Positions 1 to 12,319 of a DNA stretch of 64,000 nt are shown here, in pieces. Each line of letters opens with the position of its first letter. The stretch's first letter is position 1. Source of the stretch: Marsupella aquatica (taxonomy: Eukaryota > Plantae > Marchantiophyta); assembly GCA_973895155.1 (NCBI GenBank), contig OZ316893.1:9925660-9989659 (forward strand), read 5' to 3'. A program made the position numbers and the translations under genes. The notes below the pieces were generated by a model. That model saw nothing but the letters and a program-made list of their open reading frames with translations, was not told the DNA's origin and ran no database searches.

Positions 1-3000
1 TAATTATAATTCAGGATCAAGGTCCACTGTTCATGACCTACTCAATTGAATGAAGAGGTAGGCCATTATTTCTCTAGTAACAACAAATTATGATAATTAT
101 ATTAGTTTGCTATGCTATTAAGTAGGGATCGGCATGAGGAGTCTGGGTACACGTCGTTCCTGTGCATACACAAGTGTAGCTAGGATACTCCTAAGAACCA
201 GTAAATAATTTTTGCAATGGTTGCTAATACAGATTTACAGGAGCATGGGAAAGACACTTGCATTTGCCTTCTTTGGACCTCTTGTGCTTTTACTCTTGTT
301 ACATGCAATACAGGAAGCAAGCCCACTCAGAAGGAACAGCCAAGGCTGTCAGCCAGAACAAGACATCCTACTTAACCTGGACATAACCACTTGTGGGGGA
401 TTCCTTGGGGACTAGTTTCTGGCATTTTGTGGGTTTTTTCAACTATGTCCTGTGGGTCTTAAACTATAGGTGCCACTGCTGGAAGGGCTCTGTTTCTAAC
501 TGATACCGGCCACTAGTCATATGCCTAGGTGAGCTGTATCCACCTGGGGACTGTTCATTTGCCTACAAACTTTCCCATGCATTTCCCATCATTGGACTCT
601 ATACCCTACAGAGGGTTGGTGGTAATTCTTTAAAAACCTGAACTACTTTTAGAGGCAGAGTTTTTGTGTAACATAGATCTTTATGAGATCTATATTTTGA
701 GCAGTAGATCGCCCTATGATGAACTAAGGAGGTGTCACTCATGCTCGGAAATTCTCAAAAATCTGATATGTTCTGCCATGAACACTATCATATTAAAATG
801 AGTACCACAAGTGACCTGGAATAGTTTAACAATTGTTTTTGTATTGAACTGAAATGAGGAAGAACACTTATAGTCTCTCCCCCCCCCCCCCCCCCCCCCC
901 CCCCAATGTGACATATTTTGGGGTTATTAAGGTCCTTAAAAAATCTCCTACTGATTGAAAGCCAATCATATCATTATAAATACATTTTCTTTTGCGTTTC
1001 GAATAAAGGAGAAATGCATGGCTATCAACTGCTCCTCCCTCAGACAACTGTAGACCTTTTTGTGAGAGACTTTTACTCTTTCCCATGGAACTCATGTTTG
1101 TAGTGCTGGATTCCCAGATAACGCTGAATCTAACTTTTGGAGGAGCATAGTGTTGTTTTTAAATATATATATTTTAGTTAGGAAGGAGTAAAGTAGTAAC
1201 GTGTTGTTTTTGTTTTCTAAAGCAGTAAAGTGTTGTTGAAGGATCGCACATTTCTTCCATGTGACCCCAAAAAATAGACAAGCTCACAGTTTACTACTCA
1301 TCATTTCTCTCTTATACCATGTACCGCGGTAAACTCCTCCAATTTAAAGGACCAAACCCCTCTGGCTGTCCATCTTCCACGTTATTAATGAGAGAGCCCC
1401 ACCCACATTCCCAGACTTCAATGCGGAGTCGTGCGTATCTTTGTATGTTCACAAGGACCACAACGAACCCATATTCTAACGATCTTCTTCTCCCTCTCCA
1501 AGGTCAATGCCTGCCTGTGATTAATCATTCCCTTGAATGTCGCATGGCATCAAAGGGGACTGAAATAGAAGAAACTCTGGTTTTGGGGTTTGCTTTAGCC
1601 TTGAGGTTAGTGCACTTCTTCTTTGACCCTCATTGGTTTTAGTCCATTGTATTTTGTTTGGCCTTTTTAAACCACACCTGCTCATTGAAAGAGGCCCCTT
1701 CCTTGCTTGACTACTGTTCATACATGCTCGCAGGCTGACCAAAAAAAGTGGAACTCACCATAAAAGGTGGCCCTCACAAGGTGGCCCTCACAGTAATGCT
1801 CTTGCCCATCCCTCTGTGAATGTGATTGTGTAGAATAAAGAGCTACGGGTTACCTGGAGCTCTTATACGTGAGACTGTGGTTGCAAAGCACATGTGCGCT
1901 TCATTAGTCTGGAACACATGTGACATCTATTTCAGACCAAAAAGATAGAAGAAAAAAACCAAAATAAAACAGAGTGTAGCACTGAAAGTAGAAGATTTTC
2001 ACCTTTAGCAAGTGCTTTCCTTTTTTTTCTCTCTGCAAGAAACCGCCCAGACGTAGAATGCCCAGGGTAGAAAGCCAGGTAGAAAGCAAGTGTTAGGAAC
2101 AAAACTGAAGCTCCAATGAGCTGTCAATGTGCAGACGGACCATTGCAACCCCCATTGACTACTATGAAACATTGCTTTTAACTCAGCTCGTAGCTTCCTT
2201 TCCTATAAATGCTCACCATTATCGAGTGCCCAGATCAAACCTTGGGGATCCATCCATATATCAACTTCTTTTGCCATTTCAATGCCTTCCCTTGCAACAA
2301 AAAGGAGTCCAAAATTGAAAAAAATTAAAAATCTTACTATGTCACCCCCAAAATTGAACTAAATTACTAATTTGCCCCCTGAACTATTTTAATTCCTAGA
2401 TTGCCCGCCTACAAGGCATTGGAAGCCCAAAATCACTCAATACTTGGAACGTAGGCTAATATTTATCCAACCGAGCAGCTTACTAATTAAATCACTTTTG
2501 GGGCCAGCTTACAAGGGTTGTGCAGATAGGGATAACTTACTTAAAAACAGTGGGAAAACCCCCAATACTTAAGAAGGTTGTGCAGTTTTGGGTAACTTAC
2601 TAAAAAGCAGTTGAAAGAAAACCCCCAAAATAGAGGAAAAACAATCCTAGGACGTAAAGTTCTCTACACTACTGTAGTCCCCACTATCCTTTCTCCTCCT
2701 GCATAGTATGCGTGCACGGCAGTTTGTCCCTCCAGTGCACCCTTCTTCATTCCTTACATTATGGCTTAGCCTGGTTTGCCTTCATTCCCTGGATTAGCTT
2801 GGTATGCTTTGTCAATGCTTCCTTCTGGATCGAGCAATCGATCGTGCTTTCGTCTTTAGGACGTGCGTAGTATTAATAGCTTGTTCGTTGTGTGAACACT
2901 ACTACTGTTCTCGGAAAGTCCAACGGTATCCTTTTTGGCCGACGAACATTCCATTCATCCCGCATCCCCTAATTCCCATTCATTGCACATTACCGTAGGG

Positions 3001-6000
3001 ACGAGCAGGTTGGTACATGTTGTGCCAATGCCATAAATAATTTATTACATTTCCCTTGTTTACTTTAAAAATGTTTATATCCATACATCATTATTTCACT
3101 TGAGAATATTTAGAATGTTCCTAGATATGCATTTTAAGAAGTTTCACAACATTATCCCGCTTTTTCGTGGTGGGGGTGGGGAGCTGAGGTTTTTAAAAAT
3201 CAGTTATTTCTTGCGAGAACGGAGAACCTGATAGTCTTTAGTGTCTTGTCTTGTCTCAGCTCAGGTTGGCTAATAACTACTTAGTGATCTTTACAATTCA
3301 ATAGTCCAATGCTCCTAGGTTGCACCCTGAAGATGTCAAGAAGAGACAAGAAAACACTAGCAAGCCACAAAGATGCAAGTGAGTAAATGAAATGTGAATG
3401 AGGTAAAGAAAATCCAAGCATGGGCACGCTTACCCTTTCCCTTACCCTTACCCTTACCCTTTCCCTGCCCCTTCCCTTTCTCTTTTCCTTTTCCTTTTTC
3501 CCTCCCCTCCTTTCTCTCCTTTTCCTCTTGCTCCTTCCCACGCTCCCTCTCCTCACCCTTTTTCCCTTCAACAAAATTTAGAAAGACGAAAGGAGGAAAA
3601 AGTAACCCAATAGAAAAAGATAATTCCTCTTTATAAAGAAAAAAGCCAAAAAATGCTCTTATACCGATGTACTTTTATGCACTGCTTCCATGCTGGAGAG
3701 TTATGTTGACATTAGGTGTTGTCAGTACCTTGTACCTATTTAGTGTAATAGCAAATATATCCTTTGGAAACATTTTTAGTCAATCCAAGGATATCAAAAA
3801 CCCTGGAGTACATCTGATGCATTGCATTGTTTCTCCTTAGTATTCAAAGTTTGCAAACAGATTGCACTCGAACATTTAGGCAGAAAAGAGTATTACAGTG
3901 TTTCATTAAAATTTTTGATAAACATTGGTATAAGCCATCTGCACTTTTGTCTAAAACTAAAGATCAAGGCGCACGACTGTGGACATTGTACACGAGAGGA
4001 GGCCTGGAGGCGAAAGTAATTTTTGATGTGGGCAAGGGGCATGGGCCAATGTGACCTTTGTTCTTTTTGGACTCAACACGCCTAATGCTCATGATGAGGG
4101 TGGCTCACACAATGTTGGGGGCCCTGCTTCTCTCTTAGATTAATCTGGATCCTATATGGAGTGAAAAAGGTTGCAATTGGCTTTACAAGAACTCAAAGGG
4201 CAATCAAATACATTGTCTACTACTTCATGACAAGTAGTGGGCCCAAGAAAATGCTGACATGGAGTGATCATTTTGTCTAGAATGTTAGATCACCTACAGA
4301 CTTGATTCAACAAGTTCCAAACTTTGGTTCCCTCAGGCTTCATCCAAGGGATTTACATTTACTTTCAAAAGATTTATGGTCCAGAGTCTATCTTCAGAAC
4401 AACAAATGATTGCCCAAATGACTTTGGTGATAAAATTCCCAATGTCTTGTAAGTCCACCCTTGACCAGAAGCACCCGTTATGAATGTGTTGGGTCCTGCT
4501 GCCCACGCTATTGTGGGCTAAACATGCTTACTCAAAATGAGGGTTTGAGCATTGGTGTGGTTTGGAGACCCCTTAATTTTGAAACTGCTATATGATGAAT
4601 TCACCTTTCATAGTTTATCTTGTTAAGAGTTTTAGTGTCATATATTTTTATTTCAATGTGCCTTATCAAGGGGCAACATGTGTATAATATACATTTTTAT
4701 TTAATTTATGGACCCCTTTAATTTTAAGATTCAAGAGTATTTTGAACTCATTTTGGCAGCCCCCATATAAATTTTGATATTTGTGATTTATCAGAGATGA
4801 ACTAAAGCTCCACCACTTGAACAAAGTATTATTATGAGTGAGAGAAATAGTTCTGTTTGTGTCTTAAGTTTTTCTTATGTCTTTCTTTCCTAAGTTTATG
4901 ATTTTTATTGAAATGAGTGTCATTCATGAGGACATTGAACTAAGTGCAGACATAGTAGCATCCTTGATTGTACTTTCATTGGTCATTGTATACCAATCCT
5001 TCTAGTTATGTTTTCATATTTTATTTACTTTCAAATCACTACAAGACGCTATATGGAGAGACTTCAGGGTTAGTCACCTTTGGTCCTAAAATGTGTTTAT
5101 GTCAGAATTTGAGAGTTTAATGAAAACACTATTGAGGGAGAAAAAAATGATAGTATATACAAAATACTCTGTCCTTGAGGTTCAATGTCCAAAGGTAATT
5201 ACACTATTATAGCACAATGCTCAAACCTTGTTATGAGGGGTAGCATTTTTAGGTGGAAAAAAGCTGTCTGAAAAGTCTTGGTCACTTTTGGCAAAAGTTT
5301 TGATAGGTTTTCTCATTAGCCAGTTTCTCGCCTAGCCACAGACCCAATTAGTTAGAATTTCACTACTATCTTTAAATCTACTGTAGTAAATTTGCAAAAA
5401 TGAAATAAGAAATATTACTACTGTAGCATCTTCTCCATAGGTCACATTCGCCACCCTGGCAAAAGTGAATCCACTGTAAGAATACCAAATTACTCTCCTG
5501 AGGGGTAAGACTGTACTCGGAAAAAGCCTTTAATGTTAGTGAAAACATTCACAAAACTCTAAAACCGGCCCAAAGTGCGAGGCTTGGCCCAAAATGCGAG
5601 GTCTGAGTCTCATCTGTGCTCCAGCATGTGGGGAAAAAGCCTGCCGTTAAGCACGCCATGTGAACCATTTCTGGACGGTAATGTTCAGCTCAATGAATAC
5701 TAATCGGATGGATTATTGATGATAATTGGACTTTAGCGACCCGCCAGCAAACTGTGTGATTGCCTCTTGCTTTTCACTTGCCTTTCACTTGCCGTAGATT
5801 TTCGAGATCGACGTCGTAAAATGTCTCCCGGGATCTGGGAGCAAAGGATATTCATTTAGCTTCGAATTCTGTGCCCAGAAATGGGAACTCACCCCCATAT
5901 ATTAGTGACCACCATGCAGGTTGGTTCACTCCATATAAGTCAGACAATTGAGTTGAATTGAAGTTTGTTTTTGGTAGTATGTAAAATCATTACCTGAATT

Positions 6001-8549
6001 AAATTCTCATGTAATCACGTCCTGTAATCTGGTTTCCGCCATTGGTAGAGCACTTGAGCAACTACAGTGGATTCTCATATCGGATTAGGTGGAGCTGACT
6101 ACACAAGGATAAGAATAGAACTATAGTACTTGTAGCCGTAGATCCGAGATATCCACGGCGGGGAGCACTTATTTTGTCCGCTGACTGAAGTAAATGGTAG
6201 CGCAACCGCTTGCAGACTACAGTAAAGTACTCTAGTGGGAGTAGTGTGTAACTATATCTGTCAGTTCGGTCCATCGTGGGTTAACGTGTCCTGCATAACG
6301 CGGGGATCCGTTGTGGGACCGTTAGATCATACCACTTCGCCTCTAATTAAACCTCTCTGCCTAACCCCGGTCGGCATGATTCCGCTCCACAGTCACAGTC
6401 ACACCGACGAGTCCCTACCGTGGACATCCTTCCCGGTGCCGAGTGACCCTGCGCTGATGGCGGCGTAGTCTAACGAACCCGATAGTCTTTCCGATTGATC
6501 CACAATTTATATGGGCCGTAAGATTCCCCCGACGGACTGCTACGATGCACTTTCGTGAAATCGGGAAAATAAATGTGGTGGAACGAGGGCAGGATATAGT
6601 TCTCGGCAACGGGTGGGTCTTTAGCGAATCGCTAGGATACACGTGGAATAAGCCGCCGGGGAAGCAGTGCTCAGATGCCGGAGCGGGCGCTGTGCAGCGC
6701 AGGCGGTATCGGCGAGTAGAGAATGATGCACATATCAGTGTTTTCCCTTCCCGGCGCCGTTCCCGGTCACGGACACGATTACACGAAGGGTTGTGTTGCT
6801 GACGACAAGAGCATTGATTTCCGTGACGGGATCCTTTGACCGTAGAGTCTGTCTTCTTGGGTGATCGATTGAGGGAGAAAAGAGCCGTAGTAGAGTACTG
6901 AGTGAGAGATTAGTGCGAGACGGCGATGGAGATATGAGAGAAAGCGGACACAAATGCAATCCGGATGGCAGGCCTTGCTTTTGCTGCATTGCTCTGAGCT
7001 GAGCTGAGCTGAGCTGCACGCACATAAAAGGAAGAGCGAGCGATTGACTGGCAACTGTCCAAATAATGCCTCTACTTTCTGGCATCCAGAAGAGAGCCAC
7101 AGGGATTCCCTCGGGATTGGGAAGAGCTAAAGGAAACAGCGTGTGTCTGGCTGAGCGGTGTTGCCCAAGGCAGATAGATGCAATAGAGAACAGAGGCCGA
7201 GTGGACTTTGGAGTAGGTCTTGTCGAGTCTTATTGAGCCTGCAATTGTTTTGTCAGCCTCAATGTGAAGCAGACAGAAAGCTGCTGTTTCTTCTTCTCTT
7301 CTTCTCTTCTTCTCTCTGGTGGAAGGCGAAGAGGTTCCTCTTTGAGTGACTGATCGCGAAACAAAAGATCAATTCCCACAAGCCCCCGGCGAGTCCATTG
7401 CAGACAGGTAAACGTAAAGTGGATCAGTGGATGGTCGTACGGCCAAGGGAGACGACTGAGTCAATTGTGGGTCTCGCATTGTTGATACTCTCATTATAGT
7501 TGTTGACAGAGGTCGAAATTGGATTTTGGAATCTCACTAGACTTCCGGATGCTGAGTGTGGAAGTGTTGTTTTGCTGCTGTGGAAGCATTGTTGGGCCTG
7601 AGGCTGAGCAGTGGAGGCAGACGTTTCGAGCGGGCCTTTGAGTTGGCGACAGCAGTGCAGTCAGTAGCGGTTGACAGTGATCGATGGTGGTGCATGGACG
7701 AATGATTCACAATCACATCGTCCGGCAGCAGCAGCTGTGGCTGGGTTGGAGAGTGAATGTCTCGGATGTGGACAGGTTGAGTTGCCTGGAGGACGTAACT
7801 ATTCGTGGGAAATTAGAACATTACAGGTTCGGAATCTACAATAGGTGATCGAAGCTAAACGCTGGGACAGGTTCTAGGGAAAGAAGAGGCGATAGGTGTG
7901 CGCTCCTCGGATTGTCAATGTGTCAGACGACGACCACCATGATGGGTGGCAATGGGAATGGCGATTCTCACGTTGATCGACATGTCTTGCGCAACACTCA
8001 GCGGAAGCTGAAGGTGAGCTAGATCTTACAGTTGAATGTCGCAGTCCCACGGAACGCCCTTCCCGAGTTCCTCCCCCTCCCTTCTGTGTCTCTCCCCACT
8101 CTTCTCCTGACTTAGGATGCTTGCTGTCCAGTGTCCCGTTTAGTGATTTGTATCGGAGATTTACAGAGTCGCAACTGACGTGGGGTATATTGTAATCTGC
8201 ACGTCTCCCGTTGAATATGATGTGAGCTTTCGAATATGCCCATCAAGAACATCGCTTTCTAACATGAGAACTGAGACTTGGTTCTCTCTCCCTCTCACGC
8301 ACAGCCAGAGTACTTGTACGGAAGTATGGTGTATGCGCTGAAATTCATTCCTTGTGTTTCTCCCTTCCAAGTGCCGGAGGCGCGAGAGGGGGCTCTGATA
8401 TTGCAATGCTGTCTCCCTAAGTCGGACTCTTGCGTCTTCGTTAGCCAAGAGAGTAGTTTATCGTCGTTTCGTTGCTCCATGTATCTATTATTCCGCCAAA
8501 TTGAACCAACGGCACGGAGATTCAGAAGAAGGTTCCAGTCTTGCAAGTT

Positions 8550-9254
8550 ATGAAAGCTCATCGTGCCTTCTCTCGTCCACAGATGGAGGCGGTGCTCGGG
8601 AGTACCGTGTTGGGAAGTGTGGGACCGGATCGTCTGCGCACGCCATCTCCACAGCGCAAAAGCATCTTGTCTCGGAACCAGGGGTATTCTGGTAAGGAGA
8701 ACAATCCTAGGACACCAACGAGCCATGCTGTGCCGACGACACCCATATCTCGGCTAGGGAGTGAGAGCGCTGCTGTTGCGGGGGCGTCTTCGTCTCTATC
8801 ACCGACGAAAACAACCCCATTGCTAGGCTCTGAGGAGAAGCGGGAGTGCCTTCGGTACACGAGCTTGTCGGAGTTGGTAATCACAATTCCGAATTCTCCG
8901 TTTTGCAGATCGGAGAGCTTTGGGACGAGCAGTCCATTGCCGCAGCAGCCTCGTACTCCCATGAAAGATGCGCTCGTAGAGAAAGCTGTGCGAGCTTATC
9001 TCCAGCCCTCCGAGTCTTTCAACACACGAAGAATGAGTTCTGGCTGGGGGATGTGCTTAGTTGTTCACCAGTTCTTGCCCAGCTTTATGACGAAGTTCTC
9101 GTTTGCCATCCCGAATCCTATTCAGTTCTTCTGCTGTGCCATCCACGCGTTCACTATGTACATGACGAAGCAATCGATGCCGCTTCCATTGTATCTATCT
9201 CCTATTACTTCGCAAACCGAGCCTGAGTGCGCTAGATCTCCGTCAATTGGTTGA
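8550..9254 (+). CDS. Uncharacterised Ser/Pro-rich plant protein with a 'MKDALVEKAVRAYLQP' motif
   Basis: 234-aa ORF from the ATG at 8550, in frame with track ORF 8541-9254. The motif resembles the conserved (I/M)KNxLVxxAAxAYLQP box of a land-plant family of unknown function. Upstream is a CT/GA-rich, 5'UTR-like stretch. Confidence 0.6.
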   Translation: MKAHRAFSRPQMEAVLGSTVLGSVGPDRLRTPSPQRKSILSRNQGYSGKENNPRTPTSHAVPTTPISRLGSESAAVAGASSSLSPTKTTPLLGSEEKRECLRYTSLSELVITIPNSPFCRSESFGTSSPLPQQPRTPMKDALVEKAVRAYLQPSESFNTRRMSSGWGMCLVVHQFLPSFMTKFSFAIPNPIQFFCCAIHAFTMYMTKQSMPLPLYLSPITSQTEPECARSPSIG

Positions 9255-11147
9255 ATTAGTCAGCGAGCAACGACGAGCACTTAGAAACAACATTTCTACA
9301 ATCACATGTAGTACAATGTACTACAGCGGCATATAACTAGGAAGATTGAGATAAAAATGAAGTCTCATGAGACGGAGAGGATGTTGAGCAACATAGACGG
9401 ATCACATATCCTCGTGAGAGCGAGAGAGACAATGGGGTTGATCTGGGCTTCTGAGAAAGTAGGTTTTTGCATGCATCACACGTTTGGGAGAATTCACTTC
9501 TGGTCAGATTGTTGTGGAAGTCCCAGATTTTGTAACGTTTGATTTGGTCATCTTGCCGTCAGCGAGACGTGCAGCCCCGCACCGCCAGGGGAAGACAGAG
9601 ACGCTAGTCCTAGGAAGTTCGTAAATTCTTCAATCGGTCCAAGGTGATTCTGCGTCGCGAGCTACGATTGTCACTGGCAAACCGAGAGTAGAGTTAGGCT
9701 TCTGGAATTGAATTGCCCTGAACCGAAGTAGCTCGTTTATGCACAAGTGGAGGAGAATTCTCTACTCGTGAGGACCGATTGATTAGTAGTAAGTAGCAAA
9801 TTATAGTAGATCTGCCTGAGGTGTTTGGTTGGACATGCACCTTTCCAGGACGCCCGGCAAGACAGGATATAGTTGACAGGAGTAGTAAGATATAGGTAGT
9901 GTTGTATGCAGCAAGTACCGTTTTGTCGTCCATCTTGAGAGAAGATGGCTGAAAAGACGGGTGGGAAGTTTCAGCTCTGACATCATGTGATGTACATTTT
10001 AGACTTCTAGAGGGACAAGATGTGGAAGCTATCTTTTTGGATTTCTTTCTTCACTGCCTTGGCGAGTACAGGACAGAGCAGACATTGACAGGTGGAATAC
10101 TACTTCCAGATCTACCTGTTCGGTGGAGCATGAGCTAGGTAGTAGACGGCCTATCCTTAGGTTAGATAGTTGTCAAGTGTTAATGGAGACAAAGCCTTCA
10201 GTTCATCGGCATTTAATTGACTGACTAGATAGATCAGTCGATGTGAATATCATTCTGTAAACGGAGCTGTGGTTTTGGTAGCTAGCTTTGAGTAATTCTA
10301 GAGATCAAGCTGAAACAGGGTTGTGGTCTCGTAACTGAGAAGTGTGGTTCCATCAATCATTCGGTAAATTCGCCGGTGGTATGTGTATTGATTTCTTCCA
10401 ATTATGATATGCGTAATTATCATTCAGTACGAAGCTTTGTCAAGTACTCCGTACTTGTAGCGTATTCTAGTGAAGTCGATTTTAGTTCGGCACCTTTGAG
10501 GTCATAAATATATGATCACAATGGTGTCCGACGTATTGTTGGCTATATCTTTGGGAATTATTCTGTTAGTACTGCGTCGGTAATGGTTGGCTCTCTTTTC
10601 ATGGTGACCGAGCTGCTGGTACAGCTACCGCTACCGTAGGTCGTCTGTCAACCAAAGGTGAACCAAATTCATGAGGAGAGACCAGATTGACCAGCCTATA
10701 ATGTTGACATGACATTATATTTCGGAGAGCACAATTCTGTTTCATGGTATTCTGACCCATGCCGCGCCGGTATCGTTCGTTCGTTTGTGTGCGCTGAGGT
10801 AAGGACCTCTTTCCATTGTGGACACATTGTTGTAAGGCAAAGCAAATACGCATTAAACATTGACCACATTTGGAAATGTTCCGGACGAAGTATTCATCAT
10901 GCAGTTGTACATTGAGAAGCAGGAAGTTGCTTAGGGTGTCAATCAAGTTGTGTAGCCCTGGTTTCGTGTTCATTTGGTCCCTTGACATTTTCAATTGTTG
11001 ACAGCACCATTGTAAAGAAAATCAAACACGCTGTGTGCATCAAACATTGATCACATTTCGAAATGTTCAAAATTAGGACATACCCCGGACTAAGTATTCA
11101 TCATTCAATATTAGAGTTTTCCGTAAAGCGGTCAATCCCGGGTGAGT

Positions 11148-11230
11148 CCACCATTACTTTCAGTCCAATTCGGGGTGAGTCACTAAGACCACCATTACTT
11201 TCAGTCCAATTCGGGGTGAGTCACTAAGAC
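11148..11230. repeat. 41-bp tandem duplication
   Basis: CCACCATTACTTTCAGTCCAATTCGGGGTGAGTCACTAAGA at 11148 and 11189. Confidence 0.9.
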
Positions 11231-12319
11231 TTCTGAACAAGACAACTTTCTGATCAAGAGAGCTGTTTCGTGCTTTTTTAGAGCTCTTCGTGAACTCGCC
11301 CTCGGTTTAGTGACTAGCTGTGTGAGGGTTTTACAGCCAATCAATTTTGGGCTGTCACTGGTCTTTCCAACCAGTTCATTTGGGTACTAGTCTAATTGTT
11401 TCATTGAGAAGCAGAGGTAAGCTTAGGGTTTCAATCAGGCTAGGTTTCTCGGTTTTGCCTTTCATTTGACTGCGCCTGGTAGTTTCATTTGGAAGAGTAA
11501 ATGCTTCTACGGGTATTAGTAGCGGGAAACGCGTATGGGGTACGTGATCAATTTATTCCTGCAGATTTTGGCCTGTGTCTGATACCCCTCGTCCATCTGG
11601 AAATTCGCAAAGAAAGTAACTCATCTTCTCCAGAAACTCAATTCAGTTTCTTCGCAATACTGCTATCAACTGGCGTCATTGATTGACCTTCAGCAAAAGT
11701 GGAAATCAAACATTTAGAAGAACAGTCGTTTCAGTAATTTGGAGATTCAATACAATTTTGTCGCCACGAGACAGTACACGAGCCGAGAAATTGAAGAAAA
11801 GTTCGACAGACGGGACTTTTGGCAAGGCCTTTAGGAGCTAGTAGAATATAAAATTGAAGAAGATTCGACAGACCAGAGGCATTGATGAAGGATAGGAAGA
11901 ATCCGAATAGAACTCCATCAAATCGCCACATTGGTGTTCTTGAATTAACCATTGAGACTCCCATCAGATGTTCGACAACGGAGGAATAATGAGCGAAAAG
12001 GGTAAAACCTGCCAGTTTGGCAGCTGGATTATGTCTATCATTGTACTTATATATTTTGTAACAGTGGGGATAGTCATCAGAGCGGCCGGTATGCAAAGAT
12101 ACTTCAGCTCAGCTTCTGGATTCTATCCATTGTCATATATGAACCCAATCTAGTGGGTCGAAGGAATGAGAGACTCCTAGCAAAAAAATTCCGATATCCC
12201 CCACTCAACAAAACTTCCTGACTTCGTGAGCGGACACTCTGACGCCAAGAATTGATTGGCATCAAAAACCATCCTGTAACTAAAGGAGCAAGGGGGTTCT
12301 GACTTTCAGAAATTTCGAG

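Noticed and set aside
879-904. Poly-C run (and poly-G at ~51594-51615)
   Set aside because: Simple homopolymers whose lengths are unreliable; no associated structure seen.
3281-3636. Arg/Lys-rich and Pro/Phe-rich ORFs
   Set aside because: Translations of a low-complexity pyrimidine tract with TTACCC repeats.
1-5200. Possible decayed TE coding remnants (also ~20560-23500 and 53500-54130)
   Set aside because: No motif, terminus or TSD that I could identify with confidence by eye.
5241-5360. Similarity to the reverse complement of ~44350-44490, suggesting a giant inverted-repeat element
   Set aside because: Short, diverged, with no TSD, and host genes lie between. Better explained as two copies of a dispersed repeat.
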